A stretch of DNA of 64,000 nt from Candidatus Hydrothermarchaeum profundi (GTDB lineage: Archaea > Hydrothermarchaeota > Hydrothermarchaeia > Hydrothermarchaeales > Hydrothermarchaeaceae): positions 1 through 64,000 of the forward strand of contig MTMF02000009.1 in the NCBI GenBank assembly GCA_002011125.2. The letters are read 5' to 3'. This document shows, piece after piece, positions 31,956 to 41,585 of the stretch. The position numbers and the translations under genes are program-made. The notes under the pieces are model-generated. The model saw only the letters and a list, made by a program, of their open reading frames with translations. It searched no databases and was not told the DNA's origin. Position 1 is the stretch's first letter; every line of letters begins with the position of its first letter.

Positions 31956-32687
31956 ATGCTCGAAGGAGTTAAAGGCATTATTGGGTTCTTAACGATAATT
32001 CCCATAGGAGGAAATGTCGAACTAGAAGAAACCGCTAGGTTCTCATGGACCTTTCCACTCGTCGGAGCGTTGCTTGCTTTTATTGCTGCTGCAGTAGGAG
32101 ACCTATCCTCACTATTATTCTCTACCTTTATAAGTAGTGCAATCGCTTTTTTTTCGTTACTCCTGCTGACCGGATTTCATCACCTTGATGGACTGTTAGA
32201 TTTTGGAGATGCTCTTATGTATAGGGGCAATATAGAAAAGAAACGGGCAATATTGGACGATGTGAATACTGGGGTCGGAGGATTTAGTATAGGTTTTTTT
32301 GTCCTGCTAATAAGCTATCTATCTATAGTCGAATCTCCTAACATTTATTTATCCCTCATTTTAGCTGAGACTTCCGCTAAGTTTTCCATGGTCTTAGGAT
32401 TATATTTCGGCAAACCATTTCATGAAGGATTAGGTAGAATTTTCATGGAAACAAATTTGAGTAAAATGATACTTTCTTTTGTTATCTACATCGGTATAAC
32501 GGCCCTACTTACAAGCCTTATGTTTTCTATTTTATTATCCTCAATTACCATCATTTTTTCCCTTTTCATAATAAGTTTATCAAACAAAACCCTTGGAGGA
32601 CTGAGTGGAGACGTATTTGGAGCTATGAATGAACTCACTAGGTTAGTAATTTTATTGGTGTTGACATGGAGATCGATGCCCTTATAA
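31956..32687 (+). CDS. cobS: Adenosylcobinamide-GDP ribazoletransferase
   Basis: FLTIIP, FPLVG, TGFHHLDGLLDFGD and GGLSGDVFGA. Confidence 0.93.
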   Translation: MLEGVKGIIGFLTIIPIGGNVELEETARFSWTFPLVGALLAFIAAAVGDLSSLLFSTFISSAIAFFSLLLLTGFHHLDGLLDFGDALMYRGNIEKKRAILDDVNTGVGGFSIGFFVLLISYLSIVESPNIYLSLILAETSAKFSMVLGLYFGKPFHEGLGRIFMETNLSKMILSFVIYIGITALLTSLMFSILLSSITIIFSLFIISLSNKTLGGLSGDVFGAMNELTRLVILLVLTWRSMPL

Positions 32688-33289
32688 TGGCAGGCGGAGA
32701 AGGGAGAAGACTTAAGAGCCTTATAGAAAAACCATTAGTTAAAATATTAGGTAAGCACCTAGTAGACTATGTAATAGAAGCTTTACAAAAATCAAAAATA
32801 AATGTGATATATGCAGCTACAAGTCCGAAGGCTCCAAATACCGAGAAATATCTAAAAGAAAAAGGGATCACCATAATCAGAACACCGGGGTGGGGATATG
32901 TCAAAGATATGGTTTATGCATTGAGGTTTCTTGGACTTGGTAAGACTCTTGTGATCTCGGCAGATTTGCCGCTGATAAAAGCGAAAGATATTGATTGGCT
33001 AATCAGCGAATACAAGAAACATGCTACTCCCTCCTTATGCTTGCTTGTACCAGCTTATATATTTGAAGAACTTGATATAGAGCCTAGCATCGTATTAGAG
33101 GGTAATGTACCAGCAGGTATTAATATAGTGGATGGTAAAAATTTAAATGGTCCTGAAACCAAGCTTATTTCAAATAGGATAGAATTCGCACTTAATGTCA
33201 ATACAAAAAAAGAGTTAAAATTAGCCGAAAGGAGGTTGAAAAATGCCGATCAGCAAAGAACTTTTAGAAATCCTCGCCTGCCCTATTGA
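32666..33289 (+). CDS. cobY: Adenosylcobinamide-phosphate guanylyltransferase CobY
   Basis: MAGGEGRR..EKPL, TPGWGYVKD, SADLP and NVNT; in the cob operon. Confidence 0.88.
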   Translation: MEIDALIMAGGEGRRLKSLIEKPLVKILGKHLVDYVIEALQKSKINVIYAATSPKAPNTEKYLKEKGITIIRTPGWGYVKDMVYALRFLGLGKTLVISADLPLIKAKDIDWLISEYKKHATPSLCLLVPAYIFEELDIEPSIVLEGNVPAGINIVDGKNLNGPETKLISNRIEFALNVNTKKELKLAERRLKNADQQRTFRNPRLPY

Positions 33290-33524
33290 TAAGAAAGATG
33301 TCGAATATAAGAAAGATGAGGACTTTCTCTTATGTAAAAAATGCGATATCCGTTATTATGCTGAGAGAATGAAACAAAATACTTGCCCTAAGTGCGGTGA
33401 GGAAATGGAAAAAATTAAAGGGGAGGTCTTAGTCTGCGTAGAATGTAATAGATGGTACCCTATTATAGATGATATACCACACATGTTACCCGATGAGCTT
33501 AGGGAAGACCTAGCTGGGCAGTAG
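33243..33524 (+). CDS. Trm112-like methyltransferase activator with a Cys-rich insertion
   Basis: LLEILACPIDK ... CVECNRWYPIIDDIPHMLP. Confidence 0.8.
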   Translation: MPISKELLEILACPIDKKDVEYKKDEDFLLCKKCDIRYYAERMKQNTCPKCGEEMEKIKGEVLVCVECNRWYPIIDDIPHMLPDELREDLAGQ

Positions 33525-33675
33525 ATGCTCCTTGATAAAGATCATATGACCTCGAGATAAGCGGATATTGCCAATAGACATTGAATTGAAATTACTTAGG
33601 ATAAATCATGAATCTATTGCAGATTTAAAACTGTTTTTACAAAGCCTGCTATCCAACTCTTCAATAATTGCTTCA

Positions 33676-34482
33676 TTATCCACGCGGGTAACTGCCAAGT
33701 ATTTTAAGGAAAGTTGTTTTCCTTTCTAACTCTTTTAATGCTTTCTTTATATGAACCTCCTTTCTATGGCCCTCAAAATCTATAAAAAAAATATAATCTC
33801 CTAAAGCTTTTCTTGATGGTCTAGACTCTATTTTGGTAAGATTTATATTTCGCTTATAAAATACCCCGAGAGAATGATACAGTGCCCCAGGAATATGTTT
33901 TAACCCAAATATTATAGAAGTCTTATCGTTTCCTGTAGGCTCATGATCATACTTTGATATTACAAGAAATCGGGTTTGGTTGCTATCTCTATCCTGTATG
34001 TCATCTTTTAAAATCTCTAAACCATAAAGGTCCGCTGCCACGCGAGGGGCTATTGCGGCTGCTTCCTTTAGTTTTTTCTCAGATATCTCTTTGGCGGCTT
34101 CCGCAGTACTAGGGAAGTTCCTCGTTTTTACTTTTATCTCTCTCAGAAAATTTTTGCATTGCGCCAGAGCATGAGGATGCGAGATTACTTCTCTAACTTC
34201 TGACAACTTAGTGCCAGGCAAGACCATAAGACTGTGGTGTATATCTAACGTAATTTCTCTATAAACTTTTAGATCTTTTGACATTAAAAGGTCTAACGTC
34301 ACCCCTACTGAACCTTCAAGAGAATTTTCAACTGGAACAATACCGTACCCAACTTCTCCCTTTGATACTTTCTCAAAGATCTCAATAATATCATTACATA
34401 GGTAAATTTCTGGATTTTTATCAAACTTATAAGCCGCTTCCTCACTAAATGTTCCCCTAGGACCTAAAAGAGCTATTTTCAT
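33676..34482 (-). CDS. pheA: Prephenate dehydratase
   Basis: LGPRGTFSEEA, PVENSLEG, SHPHALAQC, NQTRF and the ACT segment LTKIESRP. Confidence 0.95.
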   Translation of the reverse strand: MKIALLGPRGTFSEEAAYKFDKNPEIYLCNDIIEIFEKVSKGEVGYGIVPVENSLEGSVGVTLDLLMSKDLKVYREITLDIHHSLMVLPGTKLSEVREVISHPHALAQCKNFLREIKVKTRNFPSTAEAAKEISEKKLKEAAAIAPRVAADLYGLEILKDDIQDRDSNQTRFLVISKYDHEPTGNDKTSIIFGLKHIPGALYHSLGVFYKRNINLTKIESRPSRKALGDYIFFIDFEGHRKEVHIKKALKELERKTTFLKILGSYPRG

Positions 34483-34739
34483 CTCTTTTCCTCTTGGATT
34501 TTCTTACTGTGGGATATCACTAGCCGCATTAATTCTTCAATGAATTCTTCGTCAAGTTCCTTAGAAGATTTCTTGCAGTTTTCTATAATGCTAGCTTCCC
34601 TCTCATTATCCTCGATTCTTAAGCCTAGTTCCCGTTTTAATTTTGCTATTTCGTTTACTATCTGGAATCTTCGTTCCAGTAGTTTGATGATCTTCCTATC
34701 GATTTCATCTATTTCTTCTCTCATCTCTTGTAATTTCAT
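34479..34739 (-). CDS. Chorismate mutase (AroQ type)
   Basis: LQEMREEIDEIDRKIIKLLERR...KRE...DNERE. Start moved to ATG 34739. Confidence 0.88.
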   Translation of the reverse strand: MKLQEMREEIDEIDRKIIKLLERRFQIVNEIAKLKRELGLRIEDNEREASIIENCKKSSKELDEEFIEELMRLVISHSKKIQEEKR

Positions 34740-35106
34740 CCGAAAATTCTTTATTACTATTGCTAATATAACATTTTCCACTTTTTTCAAATTTTTTCTC
34801 AATATTCATTCCCACTCCTTCATTCTTATGCAAAGCACCACTCTCTTGCTGTTGACTGATCGGCAACAGAATAAAAGACCGCTTTGTCTACTCAGAGTCT
34901 CACTTTCCTTTACCATGATAAGTCCCAAGAGATTCACTGTTGACGGCTTTAAGAACTCCCTGGAAACTACCTAGGGGTTCTATAAAGACTAAGAGAAGGC
35001 AGATCAAGAGAAGCATAATTTCTTATTTTTGTTCATATCAAATGGTTACATAGAGTGCTAGGAAGAAAAGATAATATTTATCTTCTATTATACCAATCTT
35101 CTTTCT

Positions 35107-35532
35107 ATGGAGTTAAATAGGGTAAAACGCTATAAAGATAAGACTTCACGAATATTCCAGGATATAGTGGATATAGAGGAATGGACGTCTTCAAAAGAAG
35201 GATTTCTTGAAGACAGGAAAACAAGGCTTGCAACCTACAAGGCTTTTCAGGAGGCGGCGGAAGCAGTAGCAGACATTGCAGCAATGATGATTAAGGATAC
35301 CGGTGAAGTGCCCAAAGATGATTATACTAACTTAGAGATGCTCTATGAGAAAAAGATATTATCATCAGAATTAAAAAATGCTCTTAAAGAAGTAAATGGC
35401 CTAAGGAACAGATTAGTTCATGATTATAATGGAATTACTGATGAAATAGCCTATAGGTCAATAATGAGGCTATCAAAATCCGTTGAGGAATTTGCAAAGG
35501 CGGTTGAGAAATGGCTATCGAAAAAAATCTAA
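35107..35532 (+). CDS. HEPN (DUF86 / HepT-like) RNase toxin
   Basis: RNRLVHDY (Rx4H plus the acceptor Tyr). Confidence 0.88.
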   Translation: MELNRVKRYKDKTSRIFQDIVDIEEWTSSKEGFLEDRKTRLATYKAFQEAAEAVADIAAMMIKDTGEVPKDDYTNLEMLYEKKILSSELKNALKEVNGLRNRLVHDYNGITDEIAYRSIMRLSKSVEEFAKAVEKWLSKKI

Positions 35533-35915
35533 AAAAAGAATTTTCGTTCTTAGAGAATATAAAGGATGTCCTGGCTGTATTGCTTTTTGGTTCACATGCA
35601 AAAAATGAAGCTACAGTAAGAAGTGACATTGACCTCTGTATTGTTGCTCCAGCAGCAGATAAAGATAGCCTCCTTTCTTTTATTCTACAAAGCGTTAATA
35701 GCTCCAGATATCATATTTGGTTATTCGAGGAACTCCCTCTTTACATGAAAAAAGAAGTTATAGACAACCACAAGGTTATTCTATGTAGAGATAAGCTTAA
35801 CCTTTACGAGTACTTCTACTTTGTTAATAAACTTTGGAAAGATCAAGAGCACAGGCAGAGAGTGACACTAAAAGATCTTAAGGAAATCTTGAATAAGCGT
35901 AGTAGTACAGCTTAG
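35511..35915 (+). CDS. Minimal nucleotidyltransferase (MntA-like antitoxin)
   Basis: LFGSHAKNEATVRSDIDL (GSx10DxD); overlaps the HEPN gene. Confidence 0.88.
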   Translation: MAIEKNLKKEFSFLENIKDVLAVLLFGSHAKNEATVRSDIDLCIVAPAADKDSLLSFILQSVNSSRYHIWLFEELPLYMKKEVIDNHKVILCRDKLNLYEYFYFVNKLWKDQEHRQRVTLKDLKEILNKRSSTA

Positions 35916-36135
35916 AAAAAACGAAATACCATTGTAGAGGATACCTAGACTACTATTTTGGTGCCTGTAGTACTACCACAGTATCCAATAGAATCATCTT
36001 TAAATTAGTTTCATTAAGCTACCGTCTCAATACAGAAGAGATTAAACGCCAAAAAGCAAGATTTTGAATAACCTCTTTTTAGCGGAAGAATTAAAAATTT
36101 AGAAATTATAGAAGAATAAAGAAGGTTTTAGCTTT

Positions 36136-37068
36136 ATGGTGGTAATAAATCTCCATTTCCATAAGATTTTAATAGTAACCTTAGCTGTACTCCTGCTTAC
36201 TCCAATTCAGGGTTACGCCACTAAATTCCTTTCGTACAAGATAGTAGGAAAAATTGAAGATAGCCAAGTAGTAGAGGATGTGGTAATTGTACTTTTGAAT
36301 GATGGAACATCAGATCTACTCTCTGCAAGGTTTACTGTACCTGAAGGTTTTGAAATAATATCTGTTAGAGATTCTTATGGTGAGCTACGCTATACTGCCT
36401 CGATTAGCGGAGGAATAGTAGTAGATTTCTTTTTTATGGAACCTATCAAGCCCGGCGAAACTAGGGTAATCATTTTAAAGCTTAGATCAAATTCTCTTAT
36501 AACAGATAAAAACGGATATTCAGAATACCTATTAGTTTTCACGCCAAGAACACCCATACAAGAGTTTGAACATGTGCTTATACTCCCAAAAGATTCAAAG
36601 CTATATTCCCCGAAGGAGTCTGCCCCATTAGTTTTTCCAGACGCTAATGTTAGTTATAAAGATGATAAACCGGTTATAACTTGGAAAAAAGAATTAGAAG
36701 CAAATCAGCCTGAAGTTTTTTTAGCGAGATATAAAGTTAATAAATTTGGATTATTACGTTATATCCTAGTAGGCATAGTAGCTCTTGGAGGAAGTGCCTT
36801 TATAGCACTAGTTGGAGTAAAATTTCGGTCGAGATACAGGAAAATTAAAGCATTGAATTCCCTTAAAATACTAAATGAGAGAGAGCGAAGTGTGATTGAA
36901 ATGATAATCAAAAATGAAGGTTTACCACAATATCAACTCCAGTTAGAACTGGGTTATTCTAAGGCAAGTTTGAGTAAAATTTTAGCAAAGCTTGAATCTA
37001 GAGGCTTAATTAGGAAAAAAAGATTTGGAAAGATAAATAAATTGTATATAGGAGATAAATTACGATAG
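36136..37068 (+). CDS. Membrane-anchored transcription factor (COG2512-like): signal peptide, extracellular beta domain, TM helix, winged HTH
   Basis: N-terminal hydrophobic signal; TM YILVGIVALGGSAFIALVGV; C-terminal LNERERSVI...GYSKASLSKILAKLESRGLIRKKRFGKINKL. Confidence 0.8.
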   Translation: MVVINLHFHKILIVTLAVLLLTPIQGYATKFLSYKIVGKIEDSQVVEDVVIVLLNDGTSDLLSARFTVPEGFEIISVRDSYGELRYTASISGGIVVDFFFMEPIKPGETRVIILKLRSNSLITDKNGYSEYLLVFTPRTPIQEFEHVLILPKDSKLYSPKESAPLVFPDANVSYKDDKPVITWKKELEANQPEVFLARYKVNKFGLLRYILVGIVALGGSAFIALVGVKFRSRYRKIKALNSLKILNERERSVIEMIIKNEGLPQYQLQLELGYSKASLSKILAKLESRGLIRKKRFGKINKLYIGDKLR

Positions 37069-37120
37069 TTTCTTTAAAAGTTGAAACAGTTTCCTCAACA
37101 ACTCTAAATAAAGTTTCCTC
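37067..37120. promoter_or_regulatory. GTTTC/GAAAC repeat cluster (candidate operator)
   Basis: GTTTC (37068)-N10-GAAAC (37083); AGTTTCCTC direct repeat at 37088 and 37112. Confidence 0.4.
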
Positions 37121-37156
37121 TGAATTTATGTGTAAAAAACAGGAGGTTTAGTAAAA

Positions 37157-38839
37157 ATGGCTACAAAGAAAATTTTGATTATTAGCTCGATTTTAATGTT
37201 AATAGCAGCGACTTTGGGAACAGCGATGGCACAGCCACCTGTAGACGTTCCTGGTAGAAAAGTCCTTATCCACAGGTTTAACGTGGCTTTTTACCAAATG
37301 GAAACACTTAGAATAGGTATGGACGAAGTTATTGAATATGCTCAAGAGATCAATGCTTCAACTGAAAAATTAGAAGAGCTTAGAGATGAATTTGTTTCAA
37401 AAGCTACCGAGCTAAATGAGTCGGCTGAAAAAGGTGATTTGAAGGAATTCAATAGCGTATTGGCCGATATAAGAGAAATAGTAAAAGAATTTAGATTAGA
37501 ATCCCATAAAGTACTTGGAGATAAAGTGGGAGAGGCGCAAGTGAGAGTTGCTCAGGCATTACAAGAGAATAGGGACTATCTGCTCAGCTTAGTTGAAAAT
37601 ATCGCTAAATCAAGAAAGGAAGCCGACTTAGAGGTTGTGGATAAGGCCCTTGGAGATGCAGAAAAAAAAGTTGATAAATTAAAGGAAAAAGGTGCAAATG
37701 TGACCCCACTAAAAATTGAGCTGAAGAAAATTAAAGAAAAGAGAGAGGCTCTCAGAGAGAAACTTGATGCAGCAATAGAATCCTGTAAAGGAGTAGGACT
37801 GGAGCAATGCAATACAACAGAAGCCAAAGAATATAAAGCCTTAAAAGAAGAGATAAAACGCGAATTCAAAGAACTTAGGGAGGCTTCCAAGAAGACGTGG
37901 AATGTGGTTGCGCTATCAAACATTGTTAGGGCCTCAGAAAATATAGTAGAAAAAGCAAAGGAAAGGTTAGAAAAATTAGAAGAGAGAGGTATAGATGTAA
38001 CGGTTCCTCTAGCAAAACTAGATCAAATTCAAGAAATGTTAGATTCTGTTGAAGGAAAACTTCAAACCGGCGAATATGATGAGGCCATAGAAGAATTAAA
38101 GGCTGCCAGAGACGCTTTTAGGTCTATAGGAAGAGAAATAAGCGAGGCTATAAAGGAAGCCCGTAGAGGTCCACCTGAAGAAGTAGGGAAACCAGAAAAA
38201 ATAAAGGTCGAGGAAAAAGAGGATGGGACGAAGATTAAAGTAGAAGGTGACATAGATTTATCTGGAGAAGCAAGAATTACGCTTGAAAAGCTAGTCTCCA
38301 GCCTTAAAGGAGCTTCGGTAACAACAAGTCTCAAGCTGAAAATTGAAAAAGAAAATGGAGAAATTACAAACGTTGAAGCAAAATTAGAGGGCAATGCCCT
38401 CACCGCAGAGCAGAGAGAACTTTGGAATATACTTCAGGAAGAAGTAAAGTCATTGGTGCAAAACGCCTCCAAAGAAGATATTGAACTAGACATTGAAATA
38501 GAGCATGAAATTGAAACACCTGAGATAGAAATCAAAGCAAAGATAAAAGGAAATCAAACTGAAGTGGAAATAGAGAAAGAAGGAATGACTACTAAATTTG
38601 TCCTGAACACAACAAATAGGGGAGAGATAATATCAGAGATAGCCAGCAGAACCGAGCTGCCTGAATCTGAGGTTCAGACTATCATAGAGATTAGTGAAGA
38701 AGAAATCGAGATAGAGCATGAAGTAGAAATAGAGAAACCAGAAGGTTCTCAATTTAAGAAAGAAGAAACAGAAGAAGCTGGCGAGAGCGAAGAAAGAGGA
38801 CCTCCTGAAGGAGTACCCGCTCAAGGAGGGAAACCATGA
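37157..38839 (+). CDS. Secreted helical / coiled-coil protein with an acidic C-terminus
   Basis: AGGAGG SD; signal peptide ending in TAMA; E/K-rich helices; CKGVGLEQC; repeated GPPE and EIEHE motifs. Confidence 0.8.
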   Translation: MATKKILIISSILMLIAATLGTAMAQPPVDVPGRKVLIHRFNVAFYQMETLRIGMDEVIEYAQEINASTEKLEELRDEFVSKATELNESAEKGDLKEFNSVLADIREIVKEFRLESHKVLGDKVGEAQVRVAQALQENRDYLLSLVENIAKSRKEADLEVVDKALGDAEKKVDKLKEKGANVTPLKIELKKIKEKREALREKLDAAIESCKGVGLEQCNTTEAKEYKALKEEIKREFKELREASKKTWNVVALSNIVRASENIVEKAKERLEKLEERGIDVTVPLAKLDQIQEMLDSVEGKLQTGEYDEAIEELKAARDAFRSIGREISEAIKEARRGPPEEVGKPEKIKVEEKEDGTKIKVEGDIDLSGEARITLEKLVSSLKGASVTTSLKLKIEKENGEITNVEAKLEGNALTAEQRELWNILQEEVKSLVQNASKEDIELDIEIEHEIETPEIEIKAKIKGNQTEVEIEKEGMTTKFVLNTTNRGEIISEIASRTELPESEVQTIIEISEEEIEIEHEVEIEKPEGSQFKKEETEEAGESEERGPPEGVPAQGGKP

Positions 38840-39054
38840 GGTCAGCTAGTTTGATTATTTTATTGGTGCTAAGTTCTTTGTTCGTAGGGTGTATTACAAA
38901 GGAAAAAGCTCCGCCAACACAGACAACTCCGCCTCCTACAGAGGCGCCTATAGAAGAGGAGCTTCCCCCTATTACAGAAGCGCCAGAAGAAGTGATAATA
39001 GAAGAACCGCAATTTGAGGAAAATACTACGATTGATCTGGGCTCAATCTTGTGA
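38836..39054 (+). CDS. Small Pro/Glu-rich lipoprotein
   Basis: Lipobox FVGC; ATGA overlap with the upstream gene; ends DLGSIL. Confidence 0.75.
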   Translation: MRSASLIILLVLSSLFVGCITKEKAPPTQTTPPPTEAPIEEELPPITEAPEEVIIEEPQFEENTTIDLGSIL

Positions 39055-39060
39055 GCCCTA

Positions 39061-39073
39061 TTTTTTTATTTTT
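39061..39073 (+). terminator. Archaeal oligo-T terminator
   Basis: TTTTTTTATTTTT just after the lipoprotein stop. Confidence 0.5.
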
Positions 39074-39077
39074 GTAG

Positions 39078-40070
39078 CTATCGAACCGGTTTAATCACCT
39101 TTATGTATTCGTCTTCCGCTTCCCTACTTGTGCCCACTACTATTCTTTTATAACTTTCATTTCCTTGAACCTCCTCTAAGTACCCTCTAACCTTTATTTT
39201 TTCGCCTTCAAAAGCTTGGCCAACATAAGTGTGAGTATAGGAGTAAACCTCTTTTATTAATGGGTCAGAGCATTCTACTTTAAAAATAGCCGGGTAATCA
39301 AAAGCTAAGGAGGAGTCTACTACTGTGCATGTAAGAGTAACTTTGTATTTCCTTCTAAATTTTTTTTGAGAATATTGCTCGTGGATTTCCTTATAATTCC
39401 TTACCAATAGGATATCAAAAATAGTTTCGTCTATTATGCCTTTATGCCATTTTCGTTTCTCATGCCAGATGAACTCAGCTAAGCTTAGTGGACTCTTATG
39501 TGGAAATCTTTTTTTAAAAGATTTTGTCCAGTGCTTTCTAGATAAGTTGGAGAGTGTTCCTTCTTTAATACTGTCTCGTAGGATTCTCCTCGCCTTTTGA
39601 AAATTATCTAATCCATAAATTACAAAATCTATGTCTGACATTTCAGTATGCAAACCGAGTAGAGCAGAACCGGTTATCCCTTTCTTATTTTCTGGGATCT
39701 CAGAAAATATCTGAGAAAGCCTAAAAATCTTCTTTTCATAAGGAGTAGCTGGGTTCTCTGAGACTTTTTTTAGTCCTATCCAAGGGAAATAAATTTTAGA
39801 AACCATATTTAAAGGGACTGACTGAAGATATGAACCTGTAACATCTGAGAAAAAAAGATATTGGGGATAATGCTTTTTTAGAAAAATAAAAGATTCTTGG
39901 GTAGATGCTACTTTAGAATATTTTTTATTCTTATGTACCCTGCTCCCCTGGTCGCTTGGATAGTACCTCAGAAACGCTATGTATCTGTCCTTGGGATGAT
40001 AATACGTTACAACTGCAAAAATAAGTCCATCTTTAGTCTCAATAAAATCTCTTATTCGCGGTTGCATCAT
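39078..40070 (-). CDS. Predicted archaeal nucleotidyltransferase (COG1665-like)
   Basis: RIRDF, LRYYP, GITGSALLGL..SDIDFVIYG and YTHTYVGQA. Confidence 0.8.
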   Translation of the reverse strand: MMQPRIRDFIETKDGLIFAVVTYYHPKDRYIAFLRYYPSDQGSRVHKNKKYSKVASTQESFIFLKKHYPQYLFFSDVTGSYLQSVPLNMVSKIYFPWIGLKKVSENPATPYEKKIFRLSQIFSEIPENKKGITGSALLGLHTEMSDIDFVIYGLDNFQKARRILRDSIKEGTLSNLSRKHWTKSFKKRFPHKSPLSLAEFIWHEKRKWHKGIIDETIFDILLVRNYKEIHEQYSQKKFRRKYKVTLTCTVVDSSLAFDYPAIFKVECSDPLIKEVYSYTHTYVGQAFEGEKIKVRGYLEEVQGNESYKRIVVGTSREAEDEYIKVIKPVR

Positions 40071-40465
40071 AGCATATCCTGAATTTCCTTCAAATGCCTA
40101 GATTTTCTCACTGCCTGGGGGGTAACCTCATAAAGAGTTCCATTTTCAATTACATAGTGATTTATCTTTAAACCTGGGAACAATCTTTTCAAATCATCCA
40201 GTATATAATGCAACTGTACGCAGTGAGGAGACCCATCTACCGTTAAAGCTGATAATTCGCTTAAATTATTTTCCCTAACTATACTTGAAATCTTCCAAGC
40301 TATTTTATCCATATGCTCATCTTCAAGACAGATAGAGAGTTTGAATGTCTCCTTAAATAAGTTTAAAATATCAGGATACTCTTCCTTAATGCATGCTCCA
40401 TAGACTAGTACTCTTTGCCCAATATTCTTGGATTTCACATTAGTTTTCATTAGTTCCATACTCAT
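40067..40465 (-). CDS. Putative Fe-S-associated protein
   Basis: YGAC, CLEDEH and VDGSPHCVQLH. Confidence 0.6.
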   Translation of the reverse strand: MSMELMKTNVKSKNIGQRVLVYGACIKEEYPDILNLFKETFKLSICLEDEHMDKIAWKISSIVRENNLSELSALTVDGSPHCVQLHYILDDLKRLFPGLKINHYVIENGTLYEVTPQAVRKSRHLKEIQDML

Positions 40466-40500
40466 CTAGTCCTCCATTTTATTCTCATTATCCATCCATT

Positions 40501-41490
40501 TCAGCTCTTAGGAGAAACAAGAATAACAACTACCAGCACAAGCAAAAGTGATGCCCATAGAGCTATAGCTACACGAGTTGCTCTTCTTGCCTTTTCAGCT
40601 TCCCACCAAGTCAATGGCCGTATTCCCTGCGCTAAAAAAGTTGTAACTCCTGCTAAGTTTATACTTATTATATTGATGAGTAACAGCATCATAGCCCCCA
40701 TAGCCATACCCAAATTCCGAGAGCCAAGTAGAAGTCCAAAAGCGACCATAGGGGGTAATAGAGCTACTGCCACCATTACGCCAATAAGAGCGCTAGATAA
40801 TCTGGTTGTATAGGATAAAGCTGCAACAATGCCTGCGGCAAGAGCTACTAAAACATTGTCTAATCCAACCTTAGTCCTTGAAACTAATTCAGGAGTAGTG
40901 GGATTTATATCCAAGATTAATCCCATTAAACAAGTAAAGGACACTACTACTATAATTCCAAGAAAATTAGTTATAACGGCTCGTCGAGCAAGGTTCATAT
41001 CTCCAAGCGTGGTTGCTAGAGAAAGAGCCACATTAGGGCCTATCAAAGGAGCTATTACCATCCCTCCTATAACAATGATGAAATTGTTTTCAAGCATACC
41101 TATTGCAATAAGGAGAGAAGAGAGTAGCACCAGCAATACAAAATTCCATGAAAGCTTTATGGTATTCTCTACCTCAGCATAGACTTCTTCCCGGCTTATT
41201 CTATTTTTTTTCTCGACTTCTTTTTTTGTTCTCTCCTCTAATTTAATCCTCGGGATAGATGCGTCAGCTTGTAATATAATTGCTCTAAAACCCTCTGTAT
41301 CGCCAAAGCGATTTTCAAGTTCATCAAGAAGACTCTCCGTCTCTTCTGTTGGGATAAGGATCCTCGTTAATATTTTGCCTTCAGAGATTCTATCCTGCCA
41401 GATTTCAATGTTTGTATATTTATCCAATAATTCCTTTACATGCCTTTTCTCTTTTTCTGGCAAATAGATTTCAATTAAGCGAATAGCCAT
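40501..41490 (-). CDS. TIGR00341 / DUF389 membrane protein
   Basis: IGGMVIAPLIGP and GVMVAVALLPP. Confidence 0.88.
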   Translation of the reverse strand: MAIRLIEIYLPEKEKRHVKELLDKYTNIEIWQDRISEGKILTRILIPTEETESLLDELENRFGDTEGFRAIILQADASIPRIKLEERTKKEVEKKNRISREEVYAEVENTIKLSWNFVLLVLLSSLLIAIGMLENNFIIVIGGMVIAPLIGPNVALSLATTLGDMNLARRAVITNFLGIIVVVSFTCLMGLILDINPTTPELVSRTKVGLDNVLVALAAGIVAALSYTTRLSSALIGVMVAVALLPPMVAFGLLLGSRNLGMAMGAMMLLLINIISINLAGVTTFLAQGIRPLTWWEAEKARRATRVAIALWASLLLVLVVVILVSPKS

Positions 41491-41585
41491 AAATATTATT
41501 GCTTTATATTCTTACATTAAGCTTAAAGTTTTCTTGAAAACCTTAGGAGGATATTAGAAAAATTTTAGATGTTAAAAAGACATTG

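Noticed and set aside
33525-33675. Short ORFs between trm112 and pheA
   Set aside because: Only 20-25 codons, with no recognisable motif.
34800-35040. Signal-peptide-like fragment on the minus strand (MNKNKK / MLLLICLLLVF)
   Set aside because: Broken across frames with early stops; at most an unidentifiable remnant. The 144-aa plus ORF at 34540-34974 is largely antisense to chorismate mutase.
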